Of a DNA stretch of 64,000 nt, positions 40,080-51,428 are shown piece after piece. Every line of letters starts with the position of its first letter. The first letter of the stretch is position 1. The stretch spans positions 2,784,001 to 2,848,000 of the forward strand of contig CAWCKY010000006.1 in the NCBI GenBank assembly GCA_963796275.1. Reading direction: 5' to 3'. The notes under the pieces are model-generated. The model had not been told where the DNA came from and ran no database searches. It worked only from the letters and a program-made list of their open reading frames with translations. Source of the stretch: an uncultured Acidobacteriota bacterium (lineage in GTDB: Bacteria > Acidobacteriota > Blastocatellia > RBC074). The position numbers and the translations under genes were made by a program.

Positions 40080-41507
40080 ATGAAACTACTCGCCACCGCG
40101 ACGCTTGGCGCCGTCTTCTTATCGCTCGTAAACTTGGGCATCGGTCTTGCCCAGGTAAAGCGTGTGGAGATGAAGATCGACGGTTACCTCTGCGGCAACT
40201 GAGTGTTCAACATCCAGAAGGCCGTGAGCCGTCTAAACTTCGCACCGAAACTCAATGAGATCGAAATCACTGACATCAAAAACGGTATCGGCGTGTTCAC
40301 GCCGAAGGCCGAGAAATCCGTCTCCTATGTGGCGCTCAAGAAGACATTGAAAAAGGCCGGTTATACGCTCGCTTCCGCGAAAATTACCGTGAACGGAAAA
40401 CTCGCGCGTGACGCCTCAGGATGGGCGCTACTGTCTGACACATCTGGTCAGCGCTTTGCTTTGGATGGAGAGGGCGTTGAACTGGCTCTACCGGACGCCG
40501 CCCCGAACGCGCAAGTAGAAGTCACTGGCGATTGGAAGTCGGCAGGGGAAGGGAAGGAAGTCATCTCTCGTTTGCCCGCAAAGAAGGCCGGGCGATCTCA
40601 CAATGAAAATGGAGATAATCCTGTCCAAACAGAATACGTCGATGTAACCTGCGGCGGTCCCATGGAAGCGGGACCGTTGCCGGTTGCTCCCATAAGGACG
40701 ACGAGCCCGGGGCTGACGGTTTATCGCGGCGGCGCGTTCACGCCGCGTTACATTTTTGTGCGGCAACAACTAGGAGGGCTGAAAGTTGATCGTAATATTA
40801 TGCTCTTGGACTTCTCCTACACTCCGACGCCGAAGCTTCTGGTAGAGGCTGAAATCCCGTTCACGTGGATTTCATTCAAAGAAGGGGCGACATCCGGTAG
40901 TGACGAGGGTATAGGTAACATCATCATTTCGGGCAAGTATCGCTTCTTTCGGCAGGTCGAGGCGTGGGGGGACCGCCAGGCAGCGCTGCGCTTCGGCTTG
41001 GAGCTTCCGACCGGGAAGGATGACGCTCCGAGCGAACAACAACTCCATGCGCCGGCATTTATACGCCAGCAGCTTTCGCCGATCAGCGGCGGCCTCTCTG
41101 CACACATTGACCTGACTTACTCGCAAGCAAAAGGCCGGTTCATTTTCGGGGGCAACGTCGAAGGCGTTCTACGCTCCGAGCGAGATGGGTTCCGGATGGG
41201 GAACGAACTTCGCATCAATACTGACCTTGAATACGTGCTCTTCCCGCGGAAGTATGACCGTCCGGGTGGGGAAGTGTTCGCCATCCTGGAATCAAACTTC
41301 ATCCGCCGCGGAACCGGGCGCGTCGCCGGCGCGCCCGTGCCCGGGAGTCGCTCTACCGAGTATTACCTTGCGCCGGGAGTCCAATACGCGATGCGTCCGA
41401 GGTTCGTCATCGAAGCTAGCTATCAAATTCCGGTGGCGCGTAACGCCGGGTCTCAAGCTCTCCGCGTCGAGCGGGGCTTACTTGTTGGCGTCAGAATACT
41501 GTACTGA
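40080..41507 (+). CDS. Candidate selenoprotein: signal peptide, HMA domain with CxxU, and outer-membrane transporter-like beta-barrel
   Basis: AAGGAG RBS, then ATG 40080 MKLLATATLGAVFLSLVNLGIGLA-QVKRVEMKIDGYLCGN-TGA(40200)-VFNIQKAVSRL, in frame with ORF 40203. SECIS-like hairpin follows. The C-terminal part has GIGNIIISGKYRF, GLELPTG and ends in Y. Confidence 0.8.
40203..40245 (+). promoter_or_regulatory. Putative bacterial SECIS element
   Basis: AGAAGGC-CGTGA-GCCGTCT hairpin. The loop starts 20 nt after TGA with G at loop position 2, and the outer GTG/CAC can pair. Confidence 0.55.
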
Positions 41508-41516
41508 GGTGGACCG

Positions 41517-41996
41517 ATGACAGGAACGGCAATTACCGCAATGCTCCTGGTTGTGTTCTCTGCGCTCGTCCTGGGACAGGGCGAAAAGCCTGCTCCTAAA
41601 TTGAAGCTCAGGGATGTTGAGGGGCGCGCTCTGCGTCTGAGTGATTACAAGGGCAGAGTCGTGCTCCTCAACTTCTGGGCGACGTGGTGTGCGCCGTGCC
41701 GGGTCGAGATGCCTGACCTGGTGAAGTGGCAGCGGGAGTACAAAGGCAAGGGCCTTCAGGTTATCGGCGTCACGTACCCGCCGGAAGAATTAGCCGAGGT
41801 GCGTGAATTCATCAAAAGTATCAGAGTCAACTATCCCGTTGCTCTGGGCGAGGAACAGACGAAGGCAATGTTTGATGAAGGGGACATTCTTCCTGTCACC
41901 GTGGTGATTGATAAAAAGGGGATGATTCGTGAAGTCATCCACGGAATCATTTTCCCGGAAGAGTTTGAACATAAGGTGAAGCCGTTGCTTCGTTAG
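41517..41996 (+). CDS. TlpA/ResA-family thiol:disulfide oxidoreductase, exported
   Basis: LLNFWATWCAPCRVEMP, LP.T.VID. Confidence 0.92.
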   Translation: MTGTAITAMLLVVFSALVLGQGEKPAPKLKLRDVEGRALRLSDYKGRVVLLNFWATWCAPCRVEMPDLVKWQREYKGKGLQVIGVTYPPEELAEVREFIKSIRVNYPVALGEEQTKAMFDEGDILPVTVVIDKKGMIREVIHGIIFPEEFEHKVKPLLR

Positions 41997-42417
41997 ACGT
42001 CTTGCTGTTCGCCATGTTCGCAATCTCATGAGAGGGTGAGGAAGAGGGCGCGATATACCGCGAGCAAGCGCGGCATATCGCAATATTAGTCCAGATTTCG
42101 CCACCAAATATTTTTAACCAGAGATTCATCAACGGTATAAAAACGATTTTCTTGATTAGCCTGAATAGTTTATCTCAGAAATCGACGACAGAGATCACGT
42201 TTGGTCAGAGAATTGCCTCATACAACGGGGGTAATTTCTCGTCTTTTATCCATTCTCAAAACAGTGCGGCAATAGGATTCTGGCGGTGATGGTTTGATCG
42301 GATGCGCCTCTCAGTTCAGAAACTGCTTTGTAGACCTGATTGTCGCTTCCAACATTAGCATCTACGAGGCCTGGGCGCCCTAACCAGATTGTATGATTTG
42401 AAACCGGGGGTTTGACA

Positions 42418-45400
42418 ATGAAGATGGCCTGTTTCCTTTTACTCATTGCGTTTTCAACAATAAGTTTTGCGCAAAGCAACTATGTAACGATTGTCGGAAC
42501 CGTCTACGACCCGCAGAGCCGGTCTCTCCCGGGCGCGAATGTACAGATCACCTCGGCCGGCACACAGGCAATCCGTAAAGTTGTCAGTAATGAATTGGGA
42601 ATATACCGGATCACTGGTCTTCTGCCGGGTGAATATGAACTCGAGGTTACAGTCACGGGCTTTGCTTCCGTAAAGCAATCCTTGCGTCTTGAGGTCGGCC
42701 AACAGTTGACGCTCGACATTAATCTTAAGTTGGCCTCCGTTACTACCACTATTGAAGTCGGTGCGGCCGACGTTTTACGCACTACAGATTCCAGCGTCGG
42801 CGAGGTCATTGAGCCGGCCGCCATTCGTAATTTACCGCTCAACGGGCGCATGCTGATCGATCTCGTACTAACTGTGCCGGGGGCGCATCTCAGTCACGGC
42901 GCGCAGGCCGGTGATATGAATCCCTTGTATTGGCGGCCCGGACAACGTTCGTCGGTCAGTATCGGTGGAAATCGACCGAACGCGAACTACTTCCTCCTAG
43001 ACGGGGCGACCAATACCGATCCGACATTCAATACTCTGAACCTGAGCCCCTCGCCGGACGCCGTACTGGAGTTCAAGGTCCAGACCGGCAGTTATTCCGC
43101 TGAGATGGGCGGCGCCGGCGGCGGACAGATAAATATCGTTACCCGCTCGGGCTCGAACCAATTTCACGGTACTGTCTACGAATTCCTCCGCAACAGCGCG
43201 TTCGACGCCCGATCCTTCAACGAGATGGAATCAGGTAATCATCTCGTCCAAAACAATTTCGGAGCCTCGCTAGGCGGCCCCATCGTGTCCAATAAGGCTT
43301 TCTTCTTTCTTAACTATGAGGGACTGCGGCGGACGAATGCGATGACGATGGCGCAGACCGTGCCGACGGAGATGGAGGTGATGGGCGATTTCAGCATGAG
43401 CGGAACGATGATCTACAACCCGTTCAGCTCTCGGCCGAACCCGAACTTCGATTCTTCCAGGCCGATCGGTCCCACGAATTCACAGATCATCCGCGATCCG
43501 TTCCCGGATAATATGATCCCGGAAAATCTGCTCAATCCCGTAGCCGCGAAATTTCTGCAAAAGTATATGGTGCGCCCGAATATGGGGATGGACATGGGGA
43601 TGATGATGATGGGCGGGTGTGGGATGACGATGATGGGAGCTCCGACGGTTGTTGGAGGCGGCGTAGATTGCAACAACTATCTCGATGTGCGCAATGCGCG
43701 GCATGTCACGGACCAGGGTACGGCCCGCTTCGATTACAACTTAACCGGCGGAGACAGCCTGGCAGCGCGTTATTCATTGAGTAAAGAACGTGGATCTATT
43801 CCGCAAAACCTGCCAGGGTTCGGCGCATTCCACGATAACTTTTCGCAGCACGGGAGCGTCTCCTGGAACCATATCTTCAGCCCTACCGTGGTGAATACGG
43901 CATCGATCACGGTTTCCCGCCTTGCCATGCACCGGTCTTCCGAAAACAGTGAGTCGAACGACATCATCTCTGATTTGGGGATACAGGGTGTTGGCTTCGG
44001 TGGTAAGGGGGCTTTCGGCGCTCCCTGGTTCAATGTGCAGGGCTATTCGGGCATGGGCGACACATTCGCGGCCACGCCGATGCGCGCCTGGGATACGATT
44101 CTTGAACTCCGCGACCACCTGAGCTGGCAGCGCGGGCGGCACAGTCTTAAATTCGGTGGAAGCTATCGGCACTTCATATGGCCGATGTGGGGCTTCTTCC
44201 AGAACCGCGGCTATTATCAATTTACAAACGGATTCACGACTCAAACGGCGACCAACGACGGAACGGGCTCTGCTCTGGCCAGTTTTCTGTTAGGGCTGCC
44301 TGCAGTGAAGCAACGCCAGGCCGGGATCCCCCAGATGCAGCTCCGTCAATGGTATGCAGACGGTTTCGCCCAGGATACTGTTCAACTCACCCGCACGACG
44401 ACGGTCGTGGTCGGACTCCGCTATGAATACATGAACCCTTTGCGGGATCTGAAATACACGAACACCAATCTCACCTTTGAAAACGGAACGCCGTCGGTTT
44501 TCATCGGCGGCCAGCAAGGATTTCCCGAGGGGTTGATGTATGCGAAGCGGAGCAACTTCGCCCCTCGGATCGGGATCTCACAAAACATCCCTCGCTATGG
44601 CATCGTGATCCACACTGCCTACGGCATTTTCTATACGCCGGTGGATATGAACACATGGTGCAACCAGCGCCATAACGTGCCATTTGTGTTTCCGGAGACT
44701 CAGCAGAGCGACAATTTTATCCCGGCGATAAACGGGTTTGATTTCGCGCCGGCCGCGCTCGGCAGGACCACGGTCAGCTTCGCGGCTTTCGATCCGCATG
44801 CACCTTCGCAGTACATCCAGCAATGGAGCCTTTCGGTGTCCAAGAGTCTGGGGCGTGAAACCACGCTCGAGGTCGGATACCTGGGAGCGCGTGGATTGCA
44901 TCTGCAACGATCGCACTTGATTAACAATGCGCCGCCTGGCCCTGGAGCGCTTGGGCCACGCCGTCCGTTCAGGACGCTCAGTTTCCTGCCGGGAATGGAG
45001 CTGCCGTCGGACATCACGGTCATCAGTACTACATTTCCCGTGAGCGGGATAAATTTGCTTGAGAATACTGCGAGAAGCTGGTACGACGCGGGTTATGCGA
45101 ATATCAGGCGACGGTTCTCTAAAGGGATGAGCCTTCTGGCTAATTACACCTGGTCGAAGAGTCTGACGGATGCGCCCGACTTCCGCTCGCCGATGTTCGA
45201 ATCTGCCATTCCGCAGGACAACAACAACCTGTACGCTGAGAAGGGACTCGGCTGTGACATCCGCCACCGCTTTTCGCTGAGCGCTGTCTTCGATCTTCCA
45301 GGGGTAGGGAAATCGGGCAGCTTGTCGGCAATCACAAAGGGCTGGCTTCTCTCCACCATCTATCAGGTTCAGAGTGGATTCCCGTTCACCGTCTCCGTCT

Positions 45401-45792
45401 TTGGCGACACGGCGAACGCCGGAACGCTGCTCGGCGAAAATCCCATTCGGGCCAATTATACGGGACAACCGATCTTCGACGAGGGCTCGCGCACCGCGGA
45501 CCGCTGGCTCAATCCGGCTGCCTTTGCCGTCCCTCCGGCTTTTGCGTTCGGAAATGTTGGACGGAATACGGTCGTCGGACCCGGAATGCAGACGCTCGAT
45601 CTGGCCATGACGCGAGAGTTCAACATCACGGAAAAAACAAAGTTCCAGTTCCGGGCGGAGTTTTTCAACGCACTCAATCATACTAACCTGGGGACGCCTG
45701 GCCGGTTCGTGAACACGCCGCAATTCGGTGTCATCACTGAAGCCGCGACTCCCGGCCGCCAGATTCAATTCGGCGCCCGTATATCGTTTTAG
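42418..45792 (+). CDS. Acidobacterial Oar-like TonB-dependent receptor with a Met-rich insert
   Basis: Carboxypeptidase-regulatory domain, LPLNGR, EFKVQT..YSAE.G, NFAPRIG, RQIQFGARISF. Confidence 0.9.
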   Translation: MKMACFLLLIAFSTISFAQSNYVTIVGTVYDPQSRSLPGANVQITSAGTQAIRKVVSNELGIYRITGLLPGEYELEVTVTGFASVKQSLRLEVGQQLTLDINLKLASVTTTIEVGAADVLRTTDSSVGEVIEPAAIRNLPLNGRMLIDLVLTVPGAHLSHGAQAGDMNPLYWRPGQRSSVSIGGNRPNANYFLLDGATNTDPTFNTLNLSPSPDAVLEFKVQTGSYSAEMGGAGGGQINIVTRSGSNQFHGTVYEFLRNSAFDARSFNEMESGNHLVQNNFGASLGGPIVSNKAFFFLNYEGLRRTNAMTMAQTVPTEMEVMGDFSMSGTMIYNPFSSRPNPNFDSSRPIGPTNSQIIRDPFPDNMIPENLLNPVAAKFLQKYMVRPNMGMDMGMMMMGGCGMTMMGAPTVVGGGVDCNNYLDVRNARHVTDQGTARFDYNLTGGDSLAARYSLSKERGSIPQNLPGFGAFHDNFSQHGSVSWNHIFSPTVVNTASITVSRLAMHRSSENSESNDIISDLGIQGVGFGGKGAFGAPWFNVQGYSGMGDTFAATPMRAWDTILELRDHLSWQRGRHSLKFGGSYRHFIWPMWGFFQNRGYYQFTNGFTTQTATNDGTGSALASFLLGLPAVKQRQAGIPQMQLRQWYADGFAQDTVQLTRTTTVVVGLRYEYMNPLRDLKYTNTNLTFENGTPSVFIGGQQGFPEGLMYAKRSNFAPRIGISQNIPRYGIVIHTAYGIFYTPVDMNTWCNQRHNVPFVFPETQQSDNFIPAINGFDFAPAALGRTTVSFAAFDPHAPSQYIQQWSLSVSKSLGRETTLEVGYLGARGLHLQRSHLINNAPPGPGALGPRRPFRTLSFLPGMELPSDITVISTTFPVSGINLLENTARSWYDAGYANIRRRFSKGMSLLANYTWSKSLTDAPDFRSPMFESAIPQDNNNLYAEKGLGCDIRHRFSLSAVFDLPGVGKSGSLSAITKGWLLSTIYQVQSGFPFTVSVFGDTANAGTLLGENPIRANYTGQPIFDEGSRTADRWLNPAAFAVPPAFAFGNVGRNTVVGPGMQTLDLAMTREFNITEKTKFQFRAEFFNALNHTNLGTPGRFVNTPQFGVITEAATPGRQIQFGARISF

Positions 45793-45813
45793 TTTTGCTG
45801 GGATGTGTCGGGT

Positions 45814-45838
45814 AAGCGGCGCGGGCTGTGCGCCGCTT
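45814..45838 (+). terminator. Possible terminator hairpin after the TonB receptor
   Basis: AAGCGGCGC-GGGCTGT-GCGCCGCTT. Confidence 0.4.
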
Positions 45839-45945
45839 CGTTAAGAAGTGAAACCCTAAAGAATCCTCCCAATCAATCGCAAGCTATGGTAATGGTTGTT
45901 GGTCGAAGTATTTGTCATACCAGATGAAGAGGTGAGCGCTCAACA

Positions 45946-46209
45946 ATGTCCAATGGAGAAGAGACTCTTCTAAATGAACATAACAATACGCTTCATGGCG
46001 AACAGGTTGTGCTTCGTCCAATGACCGAAAATGATTGGGATATACTGGCCAAATGGAATAGTGATTCCGAGGTCCTCTACTTTTCGGAAGGTGGTGACGT
46101 GGAATCCTATGATCTCGAAGAGGTACAAGGGATATATCGAGGGGTTTCCCAAAACGCGTTCTGCTTCATCATCGAGTTCAATGGCCAGCAAATTGGCAAA
46201 TGTTGGCTG
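45946..46209 (+). pseudogene. 5' half of a RimJ/RimL-type GNAT acetyltransferase
   Basis: VVLRPMTENDW..L.KWNSD.EV...FIIE..G..IG.CWL, after which the frame runs into an attC half-site. Confidence 0.75.
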
Positions 46210-46238
46210 CCGCGGTCAGGTGCAACGGCTGGTTCGGC
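46205..46238 (-). other. attC-like half-site downstream of the hydrolase
   Basis: Minus strand GCCGAAC-CAGCCGTTGCACCTGACCGCGGC. Confidence 0.6.
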
Positions 46239-46286
46239 CTGTCTGCCAAGCGCCGTAGCGGCTACGCCTTGGCTTTCTGTTTTGCT

Positions 46287-47135
<849 letters not shown>

Positions 47136-47157
47136 GTTTGGTGTAAACTCCCATTCC

Positions 47158-47256
47158 GCCGAACGCCCAGGGTAACCCGCGTTGTGCGGCGCGAGTTGCG
47201 TGCATTACAGACCAGACCCGGACGCCGCACACGTCGGGTCGAACCGCTTGTTAGGC
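47158..47256 (-). other. Complete integron attC-like site
   Basis: Minus strand GCCTAAC-AAGCGGTTCGACCCGACGTGTGCGGCG...CGCCGCACAACGCGGGTTACCCTGGGC-GTTCGGC. Confidence 0.8.
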
Positions 47257-47506
47257 CCAGCACTGTGACTACGCGTCCTTGCGAGCAATAACGAGTTGCA
47301 TTACCGATAATGCAGTGTGCCAACCCGCGGTCAATGATGCAATACCGGACTTCCGTTGCAGAGTTACCTACAGTTGTCAGTGCCAGTCGTAGCCACACCA
47401 CAAGCATTGCTTGGCCTGAGGCGTGGCGACAACACGCGTGCATTCGGGACACCGAGCGATGACTATTAGGGTGGAGTGCGATGCTAAAGAGCGTGTCTTC
47501 TAATTG

Positions 47507-47603
47507 GGGTGGCCGGGGCTGGACCGCAGGGAAGCCCCGGTGACGTTTGACGTTTCTGTAGGAAAACCGGGGCTTCGCGAGTACGCTCCAGCCCCGGCCA
47601 CCC
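47507..47603. repeat. REPIN-like long inverted repeat
   Basis: GGGTGGCCGGGGCTGGA..GAAGCCCCGG / CCGGGGCTTC..TCCAGCCCCGGCCACCC. Confidence 0.7.
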
Positions 47604-47710
47604 ACTGTTCTCGAATTGGAAGACATGCACGAAGAGCTGAATTCTTGCGAATCCAGCTACAAGAGGAACAACGGCGAAGAGCTCCACTCACGACTTTCAC
47701 TCGTCACCCT

Positions 47711-48196
47711 TCAGCCAGCACATCCATCGAGCAGCTTGTAGCTCATCTCCATACCATCAGTCATGCCAGTAGAGAACGCCTCGTCGCGGTCGGCCTTCGA
47801 AGCATACTTGATCGAGGTCGCCACGTTCGTGATCCCGTCGGCTTCGTGGAAGGTGACGGTCACGATCGATGGTTCACCCCCCATGGAAACGCCCAGATCA
47901 CCCGGATCGAAGATTTGGGTATGCACGATTCTCGCGTGCGGAACGACTTCCAGGACCTCGCCAGTGAATCCAAACTCCTGGCCGTTCTCGTCACTGCGCC
48001 AGCGCCAGCGATACTTGCCGCCGACGCGCATATCCATCTCGCAGACAGGCATCGACCAACCGGGGTGGCCCGAGCACCAACGACGCATCAGGTCCGGTTC
48101 CATATACGCCCGCCACACCAGTTTGACGGGAGCATCGAAGCTCCGTTTGACCAGTACTTCGGTATCTGACGGCAGGCTTGCTTCGGCGGGTTTCAT
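47711..48196 (-). CDS. SRPBCC/AHSA1 domain protein, in frame with the upstream ArsR in this assembly
   Basis: RSFDAP..LVW.A...W...CEMD.RVGGKYR. Has its own AGGAG RBS before MKPAE. Confidence 0.85.
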   Translation of the reverse strand: MKPAEASLPSDTEVLVKRSFDAPVKLVWRAYMEPDLMRRWCSGHPGWSMPVCEMDMRVGGKYRWRWRSDENGQEFGFTGEVLEVVPHARIVHTQIFDPGDLGVSMGGEPSIVTVTFHEADGITNVATSIKYASKADRDEAFSTGMTDGMEMSYKLLDGCAG

Positions 48197-48535
48197 TTCT
48201 TTCGCTCCTGTTTCTCGTGCTTGTTTTAACTCGGCAAGTAACGCATCGAGACGCTTGTAGTTGCCTTCCCAAATCTCCTGCACCTGCTCCAGCCAGTCGG
48301 TGACCGCCTTCAGTCGCTCCGGCACCAGTTTGCACGGCCGCAACTGGGCCTCTTTGCGACGCGAAATCAGCCCCGCAGATTCCAGCACCTTCAAGTGCGA
48401 CGAAATCGTGGGCTGCGTCAACGAGAAGCGGCCAACCAGCTCTGACACAGAGGCCTCACCGCGGGCAAGATGCACCACGATTCCTCGTCGGGTGGGATCC
48501 GCAAGAGCGGCAAAGGCTTGGTCCAGTTGTTTCAT
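48197..48535 (-). CDS. ArsR/SmtB-family regulator
   Basis: FAALADPTRR, QPTISSHLKVLE.AGLI, RPC.L. Confidence 0.85.
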
Positions 48536-48541
48536 GTGCAT

Positions 48542-48570
48542 AGATTACAGTCTATATAGAGAGTTGTCAA
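48542..48570 (-). promoter_or_regulatory. sigma70 promoter of the arsR-SRPBCC pair
   Basis: TTGACA-N17-TAATCT on the minus strand, 6 nt before ATG 48535. Confidence 0.65.
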
Positions 48571-48781
48571 TATACAACTTGAATCTCGTTCGTTCGTCGC
48601 GAGTATCTTCGGTGGCATTGAATCCCCCATTTGCCCCCTTCCCCCGTCCTGATTTGCACTTGGCAACGGTGAAGGGTCGCTGCACACTGAATTATCAAAC
48701 GTGGTCGACTGAACAGATCTGAAATCCATCCTAAGACACGGTCAGCGGCCTGGACACGAAATTCAGCGATGCCGTCTGCAA

Positions 48782-49777
48782 TTGGAATATTATTTCAGCG
48801 AGATGAAGCTTCCTTCGATCACGGTCGGCGAGATCAAGAAGTTCGCGATCTGGCTGTCTAAGATTCCCGCTCGCAGCATTATTGTTGAAGATGATAATGC
48901 AAAATTGGTTCTGAATATCAAGGAGAACGGCGGCCAGAGGAGTATTGAGTCCATCAATCGAGCGGTTGAACTATTGAGAACAGTGCTCAATTATGCGGTC
49001 GAGGAGAAGATACTCCGAGAGGAACAGAATCCTTTCTCGAAGAAGAAGGCGAGATCATTAATCGACAGACGTGCCGAGTCAAAGCGCGAGCAATTGCCGA
49101 CCTTCGGCGAAGAGATGGCGTTGCTCAAGGTTTGTACTGGAGATCGCGCTCATCTACGAGCAGTCCTCATTATCGCTGCTGATTCCGGTTTGAGAAGGAA
49201 TGAACTCTTTACTCTTTCATGGAAAGAGAAGGACATCGACTTTGAAAATCGGCTGATCAGACTCAGAGCTATCAACGCGAAATGGAATAAAGCAAGAACG
49301 ATCCCGATGACGCAGCGTGCTTACGAAGAACTGTTGAAACTCAAAGAGCAGTATGGCGATCATCCATCGGGCCTTGTGTTTGGGGGGATTAAAGAAGTGA
49401 AAAGATCATTCAATACAGCCTGTCGCTTGACGGGGATTGAAGACCTCCACAAACACGACCTCCGGCACGCATTCGTCACGCGCTCAATCCTGGCAGGCAT
49501 ACCACCGGCTATGGCTTTGAAGGCCAGCGGCCATAGTTCGGATGAATGGAAGCGATATCTCAATGTGACACCGGATATGCTTCATGATTTGTTTACGCCT
49601 CTGGAAGGCCAGGAAAGCGAGGTTGTCAAAGCTTATGGATTTGAAGTGATGCGCCAGTTGACAGAGGCGCTAATGGGATATTGGAAGACAGGGGGAAACG
49701 GCGCATTTTTCCAAGAACTGCGTGCCAGAGTTGAAATGCCAACTGGATCAGGTCAACGCCAGGCGCAAATGCCATAA
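48782..49777 (+). pseudogene. 5'-truncated tyrosine integrase
   Basis: SGLRRNE, HDLRH, GH, RY. Lacks the N-terminal ~108 aa of the 61025 copy. Confidence 0.85.
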
Positions 49778-49945
49778 TTATGGGTGGAATAATTTGCTCC
49801 ATTGAATCGTGTAAGGCTGCTACGCGAAACGTGCAGTCCGATTTTTGTCGCTGGGAGGCGTGTTCCTCGATCATTGGAGCGCCGACTCATCCGGGCGTAT
49901 ACTTTATTTGATTATGACATTTGATCGCTGATGTCGGAGGTATTT

Positions 49946-50311
49946 ATGCCAGAGATCGAAAACCCATACGCGCAAGCGACGGTCGAAAATTTTCGCCGGA
50001 CTCCGGCCAGTTTAAGGCCGCAGTTGTTAAAAATGCTCGAACGGGAACTGAACGGCGCTGAAGCCGATCAGACTGTTCCCACTTTCCGGCGAATCCCGTT
50101 CGATGATCGCTCAGAGGAGTTTCAGTGGCTGGCGCAGAACTCTGGCCGGTTTCATGGAGAATGGGTTGCCCTGTCCGGGAAGCGTCTTCTGGCTCACAAT
50201 GTCGATTACAATAAAGTCTCGCAGGAAGTGAAAAGCCTCGGCATAGATGGAGCTATGTTTATGTTCATCGAAGGCAACGGGAATGAGGATTTTGTTCGGT
50301 TCCTGCCATGA
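49946..50311 (+). CDS. Small hypothetical protein (DUF5678-like), copy 1
   Basis: WL..N...F.GEWVAL.G..LLAH. GGAGG RBS before ATG 49946. Confidence 0.65.
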   Translation: MPEIENPYAQATVENFRRTPASLRPQLLKMLERELNGAEADQTVPTFRRIPFDDRSEEFQWLAQNSGRFHGEWVALSGKRLLAHNVDYNKVSQEVKSLGIDGAMFMFIEGNGNEDFVRFLP

Positions 50312-50726
50312 CTTATCCACTCGAATTCAAACAAAAATTCGTCTATCAGGAGATAGAGCGGGGGATTTTCATTCCGCTTACGCTTGTCTATGGAGCGATA
50401 TTACCGCCTGCGGTGCAAAACTCGATACTGGAGCGGACTTTTGTTATTTCAGCCGTGAACACGCCGAAGAGATCGGACTGCAGGTCGAAGAGGGAACTAT
50501 GCTTCGCGTAGAAACAAACAGGCCTGAGCAGTCGATGATTTTTTACGGGCACGAGATCAAAATTCAAGCCCTTGGATATGAAATCGAGACGACAGTCTAT
50601 TTCTGGGAACACCATCGCTTACCGCTCAATTTGTTGGGGCGCGCTGGGTGGATCAATAAATTCAGACTCGCCCTGATTGAACACGATCTGGAATTGTATC
50701 TGTCACATCACGATGAACAATCCTGA
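50308..50726 (+). pseudogene. Retropepsin-like aspartyl protease, copy 1, frameshifted near 50400
   Basis: LDTGA and LLGR motifs. One base shorter than copy 2. Confidence 0.75.
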
Positions 50727-50891
50727 ACAATGAGGGGAGGAGCGCGTATCACGTCTGATATGCCGAACGCTGACGCGCGCCGAGTATGACAGAGGGAAAA
50801 TTGGAAGGATGACTGCAACTGTTAGAGAAAAATTCGACCTGCGCAAGTATTCTCGGCTGGTGTCCAAAGTCGCGCCCCTCGTGATCGAGAA

Positions 50892-51428
50892 GCGCGCGCG
50901 CGCGTCACCGCGGGATTCGCGAACGATGTTGATGCCGTGAACCAATAAGCGGCGGTGATGTAAGCGCCAACGGCATAAGGAGCTGCATCGGAACGCCGCC
51001 GCGTCACTCCCCAAATGACCGATAGAAGCCCAAAGGTGGCAACAAACTCACTGAACATTTGTGCTGCGCCGCCCCGCGCATGGAGTGCAACTGAAAAGAG
51101 GCGCTCATCGAACATCAGGTGGGCGGGGTAGCCACCCCTACGAACGCGCCACATACTTGATCTGCAATATACGACGGAACCTCGCGCCATCGAATGCCGC
51201 CCTGTGAGGCGTCAGCGAGAGTTACTGCCGGGTTGAAGTGAGCTCCGGAGATAGGCCCGAAGGTCAGGATGAGAGCAACCAGCGCTGCGCCAGTCGCCAG
51301 GGTTGGCGAGTAACGCGATGGCGACATTACCGCCGGCCAGTCGTTCCCATGATTCCGGAACCGATCACAGTCGCCAGCAGCAGCGCCGATCCCATAGCCT
51401 CCGCGACACTTCGCCGAATAAGACTCAT
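50892..51428 (-). pseudogene. MIP/aquaporin of the arsenic-operon type, frameshifted and 3'-truncated
   Basis: VIGSGIM, SGAHFNPAVT, AYWFTASTSFANPAVT over several frames. ATGA-coupled to arsN2. Confidence 0.8.

Larger units (their letters stand above)
48777..50891 (+). repeat. Copy 1 of a 2.1-kb direct repeat (integrase module)
   Basis: Near-identical by eye to 61344-63462. Confidence 0.95.

Noticed and set aside
47711-48541. Apparent ArsR-SRPBCC fusion protein (276 aa)
   Set aside because: An internal AGGAG RBS and an ATGA at the junction match the usual two-gene overlap. One indel would fuse them, and indels are frequent here.
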